Shown in pieces: positions 18,896 to 29,002 of a stretch of 64,000 nucleotides of DNA. Position numbers and translations under genes: made by a program. The number at the start of each line of letters is the position of its first letter. Within the stretch, counting starts at the first letter, position 1. The stretch is taken from contig JBAYVA010000004.1 of assembly GCA_041674805.1 (NCBI GenBank), positions 30,069 to 94,068 on the forward strand. The letters are read 5' to 3'. The stretch comes from Candidatus Magasanikiibacteriota bacterium. GTDB lineage: Bacteria > Patescibacteriota > Patescibacteriia > Magasanikbacterales > UBA922. The notes beneath the pieces were generated by a model. The model ran no database searches, was not told the origin of the DNA, and saw only the letters and a list, made by a program, of their open reading frames with translations.

Positions 18896-21800
18896 ATGTA
18901 CGTAAAAAAACTTGAGATAAATGGTTTTAAATCTTTTGCCAGTAATACTGTAATAGATTTTCCTGCACCAAAAAATTCTGGACAATATAGTGTTACTGCT
19001 ATTGTCGGTCCAAACGGTAGTGGTAAGAGTAATGTTGTAGATGCTATTCGTTGGGTGTTGGGTGAACAAAGTATGAAGCATCTTCGTGGCAAAAAAAGTG
19101 AGGACGTTATTTTTGCAGGTTCAGAAGGTAAAGGGAAAATGGGCTTGGCTAGTGTTACAATGTTATTAGATAATAAAGATAAAAGAATAAAAATAGATTA
19201 TGATGAAGTAGAAATTTCTAGAAAAATTTATCGTTCAGGTGAAAGTGAATATTTATTAAATGGTAGTCCAACTAGATTGTTGGATTTGCAAATTCTTTTG
19301 GCACAAGCACAATTTGGTCAAGGATCTTATTCTGTAATTAGTCAGGGTACTATTGATAGACTACTTTTGCAAACACCGGCAGAAAGAAAGAATTTTTTTG
19401 ATGAAGCTGTTGGTATCAAAGAATTTCAAATCAAACGTCATCATGCTGTCTTAAAACTTAATAAAACACAAGAAAATATCAATCAAGCAGATTTGATGCT
19501 CAAAGAAATAGAACCTCATTTGAAAAATTTGAAACGTCAAGTTGGTAAATTGGAAAAAAGACAAGAAGTAGAAATATCTCTACGTGATTTGCAAGAAAAG
19601 TATTATTTTACTTTGCATGATAATTTGTCTTTGGATTTGGAAAAATTGCAATCAGAGCATGACAATGTTAGTAAAATTTATGAAGAAGTGAATGTTCGTC
19701 TTTTGTCTGTCCAAAATGAATTGTCAAAATTAGCTCAAGAAAAATCTAGACAAGAAGTTTTTACAGAGTTACAAGATGAATATCAAAAGCTTTTACAAGG
19801 AAAAAATTCTTTGGAAAGAGATCAAGCTATTGTTTCTGGAAAGTTGCAAACTGAATTTGGTAAAGTAGGTAAACAAAATATTGGTTGGCTTGAATCCAAA
19901 ATAGATGAATTTTTGCAACAAGAAAAAAATATTGAAAAAGATATTGAAGGGCAAGATAAAAGAAAAGAAGAAATTTCTAATAAAATGAAGTCTGTTTCTT
20001 TGGATATTGAAGATTTTCAAAATAAAAAAATAAAATTACAAAACAGACAGTTGGAAATAGAACACAATTTAAATGAATTAAAACAAGGCAAAGATAGTAT
20101 TCAATTTGAAGGTTTGCGTGCTGTTAATGCTATTTTGATGCAAGTTCCTGGCAAATTTGGTGGCAAAGTACACGGTTTGGTGGCGCAGTTGGCCAAAGTA
20201 GACGAAAAGTATCGTTTGGCTTTGGAAGTGGCTGCTCAGGCTCATCTGGGTGCTATTGTGGTAGAAAATGATAGTGTCGCTCAATCAGCTATTGAATTTT
20301 TGAAAAAGCAACAATTGGGATTTGCAACATTTTTGCCTTTGAACAAAATAAAAGGACGTTTTGTACCAAATGATATCAAAGAGTTAGAAAATACTACTGG
20401 TGTTTATGGTTTGGCAGTAAACTTAGTAAATTATGATCTTATTTACGATGATGTTTTTTCTTATGTTTTTGGTTCTACTTTGATTGTAGAAAATATAGAT
20501 ATTGCTCGCAAAATAGGCATTGGGCGTGTACGTATGGTAACTCTGGAAGGGGATATCATGGAAACTAGTGGTTCTATGAAAGGTGGTTTTAGACATAGTA
20601 AAAAAGGAGTTTTGTCTTTTGCTGGTGGCAATCAAGATTTTAGTGAATATGCTTATGAACAATTGAAACAAGAACTTTTGGAAAATAAAATCAAGTTGGA
20701 CAAAATGGAAATAGCTATTGAAAATCTCAAAGAAAATTTGATGGAACAACGTATGCAAGAGCAAATGCAAAGTCAAAAAATTGGACTTTTACAAAATAGT
20801 TTGAAAGATGTTTCTAAAGAATTATCACAGTTTAAACAAGAATTATCAATGCATACTTTGTCAAAAGAAGAATATAGTGAAATGATGAATACTTTTTCTA
20901 GTCAAAAAGAAGAATTGTCAACAAAAATACAAGTTTTGGAAGATAATATCTCACAAGTAAACAAAAAAATAGAACAATTGAATGCTGAAGAAGAAGCTAA
21001 AAGACAAAGAATTTTTTCTTTGCAAGATAGTATGCAAGAAGAACAAGAATCTTTGAATAAGCAAGCTGATGAAAAACATAAGTTGCAAGTAGAAATTGTA
21101 AAATTACAAACACACAGAGAAGATTTGGAACAAGAAATTTTTACAGAATTACAAGAAGGTATTGGTAATATAAAAGTAAGATTGACTGACAAATTTTTGC
21201 AAGAAGAATTGGAGTCTTGCAAAATTGAAATAGAAAAATTGAAATATCAATTGTCTTTGATTGGGGGAATTGATGAAAGTGTGATGGGTGAGTATGAAGA
21301 GATAAAAGCTCGTTATGATTCATTATCTTTTGAATTGGATGATTTGAGTAAAGCTTCTGCTGATTTGGAAAAAATGATTGAAGAGTTAGACAAGTTGATG
21401 AAGAAAAAACATAAAGAAAGTTTCAATAAAATTAAAAAAGAATTTAGTAGATATTTCAAAGTATTATTTGAAGGTGGTAGTGCTGAGTTGGTAGAAGTGT
21501 ATGGTACTGAAAAAGATGAAGATGAGATGGTATTAGAAGGTGAAGTACTTTCAAGTGAAAATTTGCAGGAAACTGATGATTTGGGAAATCCTGTAGAAAA
21601 GAAAAACAAAAGAAAAATTTTGACAGGTGTGGAAGTCTATGCTTGTCCTCCAGGGAAAAAAATAAAAAATATTTCAGCACTGTCTGGTGGTGAGAGAACT
21701 ATGACGTCTATTGCACTTCTTTGTGCTATTTTGCATACTAATCCTTCACCATTTGTAATTTTGGACGAAGTAGAAGCTGCTCTTGATGAAGCCAATACAA

Positions 21801-21958
21801 CTCGTTTTACCAAGATTTTGACAGAGTTGTCTTTACAATCACAATTCATCGTTATTACTCATAATAGAGTGACTATGCACGCTGTAGATGTACTCTACGG
21901 TGTAACAATGGGTAATGACGGTATTAGTAAATTGCTTAGTGTCAAATTGGATAATTAA
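18896..21958 (+). CDS. smc: Chromosome segregation protein SMC
   Basis: GFKSF, Walker A GPNGSGKSN, hinge (ATFLPLNKI, VTLEGD), LSGGE, DEVEAALD. Confidence 0.95.
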   Translation: MYVKKLEINGFKSFASNTVIDFPAPKNSGQYSVTAIVGPNGSGKSNVVDAIRWVLGEQSMKHLRGKKSEDVIFAGSEGKGKMGLASVTMLLDNKDKRIKIDYDEVEISRKIYRSGESEYLLNGSPTRLLDLQILLAQAQFGQGSYSVISQGTIDRLLLQTPAERKNFFDEAVGIKEFQIKRHHAVLKLNKTQENINQADLMLKEIEPHLKNLKRQVGKLEKRQEVEISLRDLQEKYYFTLHDNLSLDLEKLQSEHDNVSKIYEEVNVRLLSVQNELSKLAQEKSRQEVFTELQDEYQKLLQGKNSLERDQAIVSGKLQTEFGKVGKQNIGWLESKIDEFLQQEKNIEKDIEGQDKRKEEISNKMKSVSLDIEDFQNKKIKLQNRQLEIEHNLNELKQGKDSIQFEGLRAVNAILMQVPGKFGGKVHGLVAQLAKVDEKYRLALEVAAQAHLGAIVVENDSVAQSAIEFLKKQQLGFATFLPLNKIKGRFVPNDIKELENTTGVYGLAVNLVNYDLIYDDVFSYVFGSTLIVENIDIARKIGIGRVRMVTLEGDIMETSGSMKGGFRHSKKGVLSFAGGNQDFSEYAYEQLKQELLENKIKLDKMEIAIENLKENLMEQRMQEQMQSQKIGLLQNSLKDVSKELSQFKQELSMHTLSKEEYSEMMNTFSSQKEELSTKIQVLEDNISQVNKKIEQLNAEEEAKRQRIFSLQDSMQEEQESLNKQADEKHKLQVEIVKLQTHREDLEQEIFTELQEGIGNIKVRLTDKFLQEELESCKIEIEKLKYQLSLIGGIDESVMGEYEEIKARYDSLSFELDDLSKASADLEKMIEELDKLMKKKHKESFNKIKKEFSRYFKVLFEGGSAELVEVYGTEKDEDEMVLEGEVLSSENLQETDDLGNPVEKKNKRKILTGVEVYACPPGKKIKNISALSGGERTMTSIALLCAILHTNPSPFVILDEVEAALDEANTTRFTKILTELSLQSQFIVITHNRVTMHAVDVLYGVTMGNDGISKLLSVKLDN

Positions 21959-21984
21959 TTTTATATTTTTAACTTTCTTATTGT

Positions 21985-22149
21985 ATGGTAAAAAACACAA
22001 AAAATTCTATTATTAATATTCTTGCTGATTTCAAAAAAAATGTGACTGTTTTGAAAGCAAAGAGAACAAAAATTGTGAAAGATTTTCAAAAAAAAATTAA
22101 AGATGTTGAAATAAAAAAGTTACAAAAAAATATAAAAAAGATAGTTTAA
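21985..22149 (+). CDS. Small basic helical protein (54 aa, not in ORF track)
   Basis: MVKNTKNSIINILADFKKNVTVLKAKRTKIVKDFQKKIKDVEIKKLQKNIKKIV*; fills the gap after smc. Confidence 0.55.
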   Translation: MVKNTKNSIINILADFKKNVTVLKAKRTKIVKDFQKKIKDVEIKKLQKNIKKIV

Positions 22150-22171
22150 TTTATTTTTTTAATATAAATAT

Positions 22172-24481
22172 ATGAGTATACACGATGCAATTAAAGAAGG
22201 TGAACATACACAGGAGTTTCAGCCTAGTGTTGCTGAAGCGAAGAATGAAACTCATCAAAAAATAATAGAACTTTTGGAAAATGTACCTGCTGTCCTTAAT
22301 AGTGAAGTGGCTACTACTAAACAGCTAGTTTTTGAGATGATAGAAAGAGCAAAATCTGTTGATCTTGATGCTGAGGATATCTCCGCATTTGAGGATGCTA
22401 TGAAAAATATTGTGAAAGAACTGGAAGTGCTTGCGCAGAAAGTACAGATACAATTGAATGCTATTCAAGCTACTAATGAATTAGTTGCTAGTGGTATTCT
22501 TTCTGTAGAAGATGTACCTGAAGCAGATCCTATAAATTTGGGTGTTTTTCAACAAAGTGTTAGATCAGTGATGTCTCAGGTCAGTGGTGAATTGTCAGCT
22601 ATTGTTAATAAAAATGTACAAGAAAGGTATCGTAGAAGAGCTAGAATTAATTTTGCTGACACATTAAACAGATCTGGATTGAAAAGTTCTCATATAGAAT
22701 TATTTACCATTCCTCCACTTGAACCTTCAGATGTCTTGCAAAAACAAAGGGTAGCTTTTGAGAATGCAAAAAATTCGGCTTCTTTGTCTCAAGATGTGTT
22801 AACAAGAGCAGAAAATAATTTAAGAGCATTAGAACAAAAAGAACAAATTGCCTGGGATGCTTCACACGCTGGCAATTCTGAAGAGATTGCACTTTTGGAT
22901 AGTATTCGTACTGCTTTGGATACGGGAACCTTGGATAAATTATTTGCTAAAAAAGGATTTGATACTGAAAAAGCTGTTAAATTGATTGCTACTCAAATTC
23001 GTGAGAAAGCATTTTCTCTTGATGGTATAGGTAATGATATATTAAAAGAACTTCCAGAAGAAGTTATAAAGGCTATTGTGCAAGATATGTCTGATGAGGA
23101 AATGTGGAAGACTATTAGAGAAATGTCTATGATTGTTGCTGGGAAAAAAACAATTTCATACATATACATAAGCAAACCATACCAGGAAAGATCAAAAAAA
23201 TTAATAAGAACACAGGCAGATGCAATAAAAGTTTTTGATGATTTTTCTATTTATAATAATACATTGGGAAGATTGGTTGATGCTTTGAAAGAAAAATCGG
23301 TAGATAAAAATAATATTCGTGATAAGGCGGTAATGGAATTAAAGGATGTGGCTATAGCTATAAAGGTAATGAAAGATAGTAATGATCCTAATTTGACGTA
23401 TGTTAATTTATTTCCAGATGTACAAGATGATTTTGATAAGTTTATAGAACAAATTGAAACATCTCCAAATTTACAACCTTCTGATATCTTCCAATTTGTT
23501 ACAAAAATTAAGGAGACTTTGTTTCATCCAATAAATAGAATCAAAGAAACTTCATACATTAGTTCTTCTGCTGTAGATGGGGCCACTAGTCTGTATCAAG
23601 ACCAATTGAGGCAATCAGAAGCAAAAAACAGTAGGGAAAGAGAAATTAAGGGAGTAATTAGTGGTGTTTTGAGTGAGTTGTTATCATATAAAGTAGATGA
23701 TTATATAAGAGAAAAATTTGACCTTAATAAGTTAGAAGGTCATTTAAGTTCTATTTCTGCATCTGTTCACGATTATATTTGTGCTGTAAAACTTTGTGAA
23801 TTGCAAGAGCAAGCATATAGAGAATTTAGGAGCAAACCTTTTTTGGGTCAAAATAGAAAAATAGAATTGACTGATGCTCAAAAAGATGCTATTACAGCTA
23901 TTGCACAACTAGAAGGTCAAGAAGATCCTGGTGTTGGGGGAATTAAATTTGTTGATTATAATAAAGAAAGGAATAAAATGTCAGTAAAAAGAGGTATTAT
24001 GGAAGAAAAGAGGATGATTGTTATAAATCAAGTATCTAGATTTAGTACGCCAAATCTAGCTGTGATCAGTAACCTCATGCCCACAAGAGAACAAGTGGTA
24101 TCTTCTGTTTTAGAAAAATTAAAAAGAATTGAAGAAAAAAAATTGGGTGGAAGCTTTTATGTTGATGAATCATTGTTGAAAATAGAAGCCGAAACGTTTG
24201 TTCCTGATATAAAAGAATTACAAAGATCAATAGCAAAAAAAATACTTGCAACAGCAAAAAAATATATGGATTTGCTAGATAAAGCAATAGTATCTTATGA
24301 TACTAAAAATATAGAGGGAATGCAGATAGAATTATCTAATATGGAGACTGTTAATGAAAAAGTAGATTCTTCTTATAAAGAAGTAGTTACTTCTGGAGGA
24401 GGGGGACGTGTGTTGGGAGTATTACAATCTGTTAAGAAGGATCTTCAAGAAATGTTAGATGGTTTTTCAAAATATGAATAA
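22172..24481 (+). CDS. Hypothetical helical protein
   Basis: 769-aa ORF, no recognisable motif. Confidence 0.75.
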   Translation: MSIHDAIKEGEHTQEFQPSVAEAKNETHQKIIELLENVPAVLNSEVATTKQLVFEMIERAKSVDLDAEDISAFEDAMKNIVKELEVLAQKVQIQLNAIQATNELVASGILSVEDVPEADPINLGVFQQSVRSVMSQVSGELSAIVNKNVQERYRRRARINFADTLNRSGLKSSHIELFTIPPLEPSDVLQKQRVAFENAKNSASLSQDVLTRAENNLRALEQKEQIAWDASHAGNSEEIALLDSIRTALDTGTLDKLFAKKGFDTEKAVKLIATQIREKAFSLDGIGNDILKELPEEVIKAIVQDMSDEEMWKTIREMSMIVAGKKTISYIYISKPYQERSKKLIRTQADAIKVFDDFSIYNNTLGRLVDALKEKSVDKNNIRDKAVMELKDVAIAIKVMKDSNDPNLTYVNLFPDVQDDFDKFIEQIETSPNLQPSDIFQFVTKIKETLFHPINRIKETSYISSSAVDGATSLYQDQLRQSEAKNSREREIKGVISGVLSELLSYKVDDYIREKFDLNKLEGHLSSISASVHDYICAVKLCELQEQAYREFRSKPFLGQNRKIELTDAQKDAITAIAQLEGQEDPGVGGIKFVDYNKERNKMSVKRGIMEEKRMIVINQVSRFSTPNLAVISNLMPTREQVVSSVLEKLKRIEEKKLGGSFYVDESLLKIEAETFVPDIKELQRSIAKKILATAKKYMDLLDKAIVSYDTKNIEGMQIELSNMETVNEKVDSSYKEVVTSGGGGRVLGVLQSVKKDLQEMLDGFSKYE

Positions 24482-24510
24482 ACTATTTGAAGTTAAATTA
24501 AATAATTAAT

Positions 24511-25083
24511 ATGAGAGATAAACCATTTGATTTTAGTATACGTAGTGAAAGTGAAGGTATTATTGGTTTGAGTGATAGTATTGAAGATGTTAATAGTCAT
24601 AGTGAAAAAGAATCTTCACCTGATTTGGAAAAATGCCAAAGAATAATTTGGAAAAAAATTTTAGAAGATAAAGATTTCTTTAAAGGTTTATCTAAATTTT
24701 CTATATCTGCTAAGACAATTGCTAAAATGAATGGATTAAGATTACCTTATCAAGCTACTCGGGAGGATATTCAAAAATGTAGTTCTAAAAAAGAAATTAG
24801 AGATATTAAAAAATTGTTGTTTGATAAAATTATTGATCAGATAAATGTATATAATTTAGAAAATGGTTATTTTCCTTTCCCTACTGTTTTACCTGATATA
24901 AATTTTGAAGAATCAGAAAAATTTCAGTTTGATGTCTTTGTAAATAACGGTTTACAAAAAGTTACTTTTTTGTGTACTTTGTCTTATGAATGTGTTTATG
25001 GTTATGATTGTCCTATTTTGGAAGTTATAGATATTGTTCAATATAGTCAGTCGGTTTATGATTTTAATACTTTGAATACTTGA
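24511..25083 (+). CDS. Hypothetical protein
   Basis: 190-aa ORF. Confidence 0.65.
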   Translation: MRDKPFDFSIRSESEGIIGLSDSIEDVNSHSEKESSPDLEKCQRIIWKKILEDKDFFKGLSKFSISAKTIAKMNGLRLPYQATREDIQKCSSKKEIRDIKKLLFDKIIDQINVYNLENGYFPFPTVLPDINFEESEKFQFDVFVNNGLQKVTFLCTLSYECVYGYDCPILEVIDIVQYSQSVYDFNTLNT

Positions 25084-25108
25084 CAAATAAAACCTTATCT
25101 GTTAGAAT
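25080..25108 (+). promoter_or_regulatory. Sigma70 promoter of rpsP
   Basis: TTGACA-17-TAGAAT with extended TG. Confidence 0.75.
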
Positions 25109-25165
25109 AGTTTTCGTAAACCGTCACCCGCTCTAGATAGGTTTATTTATATAAAAAGAAATATT

Positions 25166-25528
25166 ATGTTGACTATTCGTCTACAAAGAATTGGTAAAAG
25201 AAAACAACCAACTTATCGTTTTATCGTTTCAGAAAAACGTCACGATACACAATACAATAGTTTGGAAATTTTAGGTCATTATTCTCCTACACAAAATCCA
25301 AAAATATTGGAATTGAATAAAGATCGTATAAAACATTGGTTGTCTGTTGGTGCTCAAACATCAAATACTGTAAATAATTTGTTTGTAAGAGAAGGTTTGG
25401 TTGAAGGTAAAAAAAGAAAATCTGTTACAATCAGTAACAAACGCCAAACAAAACTTACTACAAAAAAAGCTGAAGAAGCAACAAAAAAAGAAGCCGCAGC
25501 AGCTAAAGCAGCTGAAGCACAAGCTTAA
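25166..25528 (+). CDS. rpsP: 30S ribosomal protein S16 with K/A-rich tail
   Basis: MLTIRLQRIGKRKQPTYR, LGHY, WLSVGAQ. Confidence 0.97.
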   Translation: MLTIRLQRIGKRKQPTYRFIVSEKRHDTQYNSLEILGHYSPTQNPKILELNKDRIKHWLSVGAQTSNTVNNLFVREGLVEGKKRKSVTISNKRQTKLTTKKAEEATKKEAAAAKAAEAQA

Positions 25529-25654
25529 AAAATACATATTTAAAAAATCTCGTTAAAAGCGAGATTTTTTGTTTTATATGAGCGACTTGAAAAAAAATGT
25601 ATTAAATAGTAAACTGTAGATGATATGTATTTTTAGATTAATAACTTATTTTAT

Positions 25655-27661
25655 ATGCAAAAGATTTTAGAACGTATTTTGAAAATTCTTATTGGAACAA
25701 CTTTTTTTATTCCTTTGCTTGTTTTGCCAAAAGTTTATATATTTCCGTTTATCGTACCAAAGATTATTTATTTTCGCTCTCTTGTCTTGCTCATGCTTGG
25801 TGTATATTTGATTTTGTTGTTTGCAAATTTTGCTAAGTATCGTCCTAGATTTTCTTGGTTGCATGTCAGTGTTTTGGCATTTTTTTCCTCTTTCTTGATT
25901 TCTACTTTTTTAGGTGTGGATTGGTATAAGAGTTTTTGGGATAGTCACGAGAGAATGCTTGGAGCTTTTACTATTTTTCATTATATAATTTATTATATTA
26001 TTGTGAGTAGTGTTTTGCATAGTTGGGATGATTGGAAAAATTTGTTGCGTACATTTTTGTTGGCTGGTTCTGTAGTCATGTTTATTGGTCTTTTACAAAG
26101 ATATGCTGATCCAGAAATGCTTTTGAATAGAGGTAGCGAAAGAGTTTCGGCTACACTTGGTAATGCTATATATTTTAGTGGCTATGGTTTGTTTTTGTTT
26201 TTTGTAGGTGCTCTTTTGGCTGTCAAAGACAAATTGAAATTGGTTAAGAATCAAATGTTTTCTTTTGAAGCTTCTTGGTTTTGGTTTGAAGTATTAGCTG
26301 CTTTGCTTGGTTTTTGGGGAATATTTTTGGGTGGTACTAGAGGAGCGTTGGTTGCTTGGTTGTTAGCTATTATTATTTTAAGTTTGGTATATTTTTTTAC
26401 ATTAAAAGAACAGAAAAAATTGAAGCAAATAGTTTCTTTATTTTTCTTAAGTATGTTGACTATTTTTGGAGTATTGTTTATAAATAGAAATACTGAATTT
26501 GTTCAAAATTTGCCAACAGTTGGACGTCTGTTTTCTACAGATATATCTAATACAAATACTAGAGTTATGGCTTGGGGAGTGGCTTTGGATGCTTGGCAAG
26601 AAAAACCAATTTTTGGTTGGGGTCCAAATAATTATTATTATGCTTTCAATAAGTATTATCGTCCAGAATTTTTGCAATATGGTTTTACTGAAACTTGGTT
26701 TGACAATGCACATAGTGTAATCATGAATACTTTGGCTGTGCAAGGTGTGGTTGGTATTGTATTGTATGTGAGTATGTTTTTACTTGCTAGTTGGTTGTTG
26801 ATAAAGAAATATAGAGAAGGTAATTTGGATGTTCATATTTTGGCTTTTTCTTTGGCTTTTTTGTGGGCTCATTTTATTAGCGTTGCTACTGTTTTTGATA
26901 ATCCTACTTCATATTTATATTTCTTTTTCTTCTTGGCTATGGTAAATTTTTTGACAGAAAATAAAAGAGAAGAAAATCTAACTAAAAATTATAAACAAAT
27001 TTCAATAGGTATTTCAGTTTTAGTTTCTGTTTTTATTCTTATTTTATTATATAGTACAAATATTAATCCAGCTCGTGCTAACAAAGCGACTTTGCGTGCT
27101 ATCCAGAATTTGACGTCAGGCAAAGCTTTTGAAGCTGATTATGAATTGGCTTTGAAAACGCCTAGTCCTCATATAGATGATATTAGAAATGATATTTCTA
27201 GATTTTTTACTGAAGTGATCACTCAAATTTTTAAAGATACAAAAATAAAAGATAAATGGGCTGTGGCTGAAAATTTTTATAATTTGGCTGTAAATAATTT
27301 GGAAGAAAATTTGAAGATTCATCCTAATGATATTCGTGTAAGTTTACAATTGTCTCAGTTGAAGTTGATAGGTGCTTCAGCTACTCAAGATGTAAAATTG
27401 TTGCAAGAGTCTGAAAAGATTTTGGAAGATGCTTTGTTATTATCTCCAAAGAGACAACAAATACAATATTTATTGTCAAATGTCAAACAACAATTGCAAA
27501 AACCAGAAGAAGCTGAACAATTGTTGAGAGATAGTATTTCAAATGATCCTTTGATTGCAAATGGCTGGCAACAGCTTGAAAGTTTGTACAAAGCTATGGG
27601 TGAAAATGAAAAAGCAAAGGCGTTGCATGAAGAAGCTGTGGAAAAGGGAATATCTTTTTAA
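25655..27661 (+). CDS. O-antigen ligase (Wzy_C) family membrane protein with C-terminal TPR
   Basis: About 12 TM; ATLGNAIY, TRGA, PIFGWGPNNY, DNAHS; TPR-like tail. Confidence 0.85.
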   Translation: MQKILERILKILIGTTFFIPLLVLPKVYIFPFIVPKIIYFRSLVLLMLGVYLILLFANFAKYRPRFSWLHVSVLAFFSSFLISTFLGVDWYKSFWDSHERMLGAFTIFHYIIYYIIVSSVLHSWDDWKNLLRTFLLAGSVVMFIGLLQRYADPEMLLNRGSERVSATLGNAIYFSGYGLFLFFVGALLAVKDKLKLVKNQMFSFEASWFWFEVLAALLGFWGIFLGGTRGALVAWLLAIIILSLVYFFTLKEQKKLKQIVSLFFLSMLTIFGVLFINRNTEFVQNLPTVGRLFSTDISNTNTRVMAWGVALDAWQEKPIFGWGPNNYYYAFNKYYRPEFLQYGFTETWFDNAHSVIMNTLAVQGVVGIVLYVSMFLLASWLLIKKYREGNLDVHILAFSLAFLWAHFISVATVFDNPTSYLYFFFFLAMVNFLTENKREENLTKNYKQISIGISVLVSVFILILLYSTNINPARANKATLRAIQNLTSGKAFEADYELALKTPSPHIDDIRNDISRFFTEVITQIFKDTKIKDKWAVAENFYNLAVNNLEENLKIHPNDIRVSLQLSQLKLIGASATQDVKLLQESEKILEDALLLSPKRQQIQYLLSNVKQQLQKPEEAEQLLRDSISNDPLIANGWQQLESLYKAMGENEKAKALHEEAVEKGISF

Positions 27662-27812
27662 TTTAGAAATTTAGGAATTTTAAATTTTAAATTATCTGTT
27701 TGCCTATGTGGTGCGAGCGGAAATATTTTTTAATTTATAAATGAAATTATTTTTATTCTCTTAATTTAGCAGACAAACAAGTTAAAATTTAAAATTACTA
27801 AATTTAAAATTA
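27661..27812. repeat. Inverted AT-rich repeat arms between ligase gene and gmd
   Basis: tttaggaattttaaattttaa / ttaaaatttaaaattactaaa, plus inner tgtttgc/gcagaca. Confidence 0.6.
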
Positions 27813-27819
27813 TATTTAT

Positions 27820-28836
27820 ATGCGTAAAGCACTAATAACCGGTATCACCGGACAAGATGGATCTTATTTAGCAGAATTATTGCTAGAAAAAGGTTATGAA
27901 GTACATGGTATTATTCGTCGTTCTAGTAGTTTTAATACGGAAAGAATAGATCATATTTATCGTGATAAACATGAAAAAGGTGTTAAATTATTTTTGCATT
28001 ATGGTGATTTGACAGATAGTAGCAATGTTAGTCGTATTTTGGAAGAAGTAAAACCTGATGAAATATACAATTTGGGAGCACAGAGTCATGTGCGTGTAAG
28101 TTTTGATTTACCAGAGTACACAGCTGATGCTGATGGTTTGGGAACATTACGTTTACTTGATGCTATTCGTGACAAAGGTATGGATGTAAAATTTTATCAA
28201 GCAGGAAGTTCAGAAATGTTTGGCAAAGTTTTGGAAATTCCACAAAAGGAAACAACAGCATTTTATCCTCGTAGTCCATATGCTTGTGCCAAAGTTTATG
28301 CTCATCATATTGCTGTTAATTATCGTGAAAGTTACAATATGTTTGTTTGTAACGGAATACTATTTAATCATGAATCTCCTCGTCGTGGTGGCACTTTTGT
28401 TACCAAAAAAATTGTGGATGCTTTCAAAAATATCAAAGAAGGAAAACAAGAAAAATTGTATTTGGGTAATCTAGAAGCCAAGCGTGATTGGGGTTATGCT
28501 TGTGATTATGTAGAAGCTATGTGGATGATGCTTCAACAAAAAGAGGCTGATGATTATGTCATTGCTACTGGCGAAACTCATAGTGTGCGTGAATTTGTGG
28601 AGGAATCTGCTCCTTATTTTGGTTTTGCTATTGAGTGGAAGGGAAGTGGTATGAAAGAAAAAGGAATTGATAAAAATAGTGGTAAAGTTTTGATTGAAAT
28701 AGATGAACAATATTTTCGTCCAGCAGAAGTAGATTTGCTATTGGGAGATGCTAGTAAGGCTAAAGAAAAATTGAATTGGGTACCAAAAACTAAGTTCAAA
28801 GAGTTGGTGAGTATTATGTGTGAGGAAGAAAAATAA
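27820..28836 (+). CDS. gmd: GDP-mannose 4,6-dehydratase
   Basis: [41 protein letters not shown]. Confidence 0.97.
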   Translation: MRKALITGITGQDGSYLAELLLEKGYEVHGIIRRSSSFNTERIDHIYRDKHEKGVKLFLHYGDLTDSSNVSRILEEVKPDEIYNLGAQSHVRVSFDLPEYTADADGLGTLRLLDAIRDKGMDVKFYQAGSSEMFGKVLEIPQKETTAFYPRSPYACAKVYAHHIAVNYRESYNMFVCNGILFNHESPRRGGTFVTKKIVDAFKNIKEGKQEKLYLGNLEAKRDWGYACDYVEAMWMMLQQKEADDYVIATGETHSVREFVEESAPYFGFAIEWKGSGMKEKGIDKNSGKVLIEIDEQYFRPAEVDLLLGDASKAKEKLNWVPKTKFKELVSIMCEEEK

Positions 28837-28913
28837 ATTTGTTGGTTTTTAGAAATTATGTTATAATATTTTCATAAAAAAATAAATGTGAGCAGAGGAG
28901 GGGGAGTGTATTT

Positions 28914-28984
28914 AGTCCATAAAGTTTATAAAGTCTATAAAGTAAAAAGTTGTGATTTTACGGACTTTATAAACTTTATGGACT
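28914..28984. repeat. Perfect 22-bp inverted repeat made of 9-mers
   Basis: agtccataaagtttataaagtc (28914-28935) / gactttataaactttatggact (28963-28984). Confidence 0.85.
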
Positions 28985-29002
28985 TTAAATTTTAAGGACT
29001 TT

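Noticed and set aside
27690-27730. ops/JUMPStart element before gmd
   Set aside because: GC-rich patch gtggtgcgagcgg does not match GGCGGTAG.
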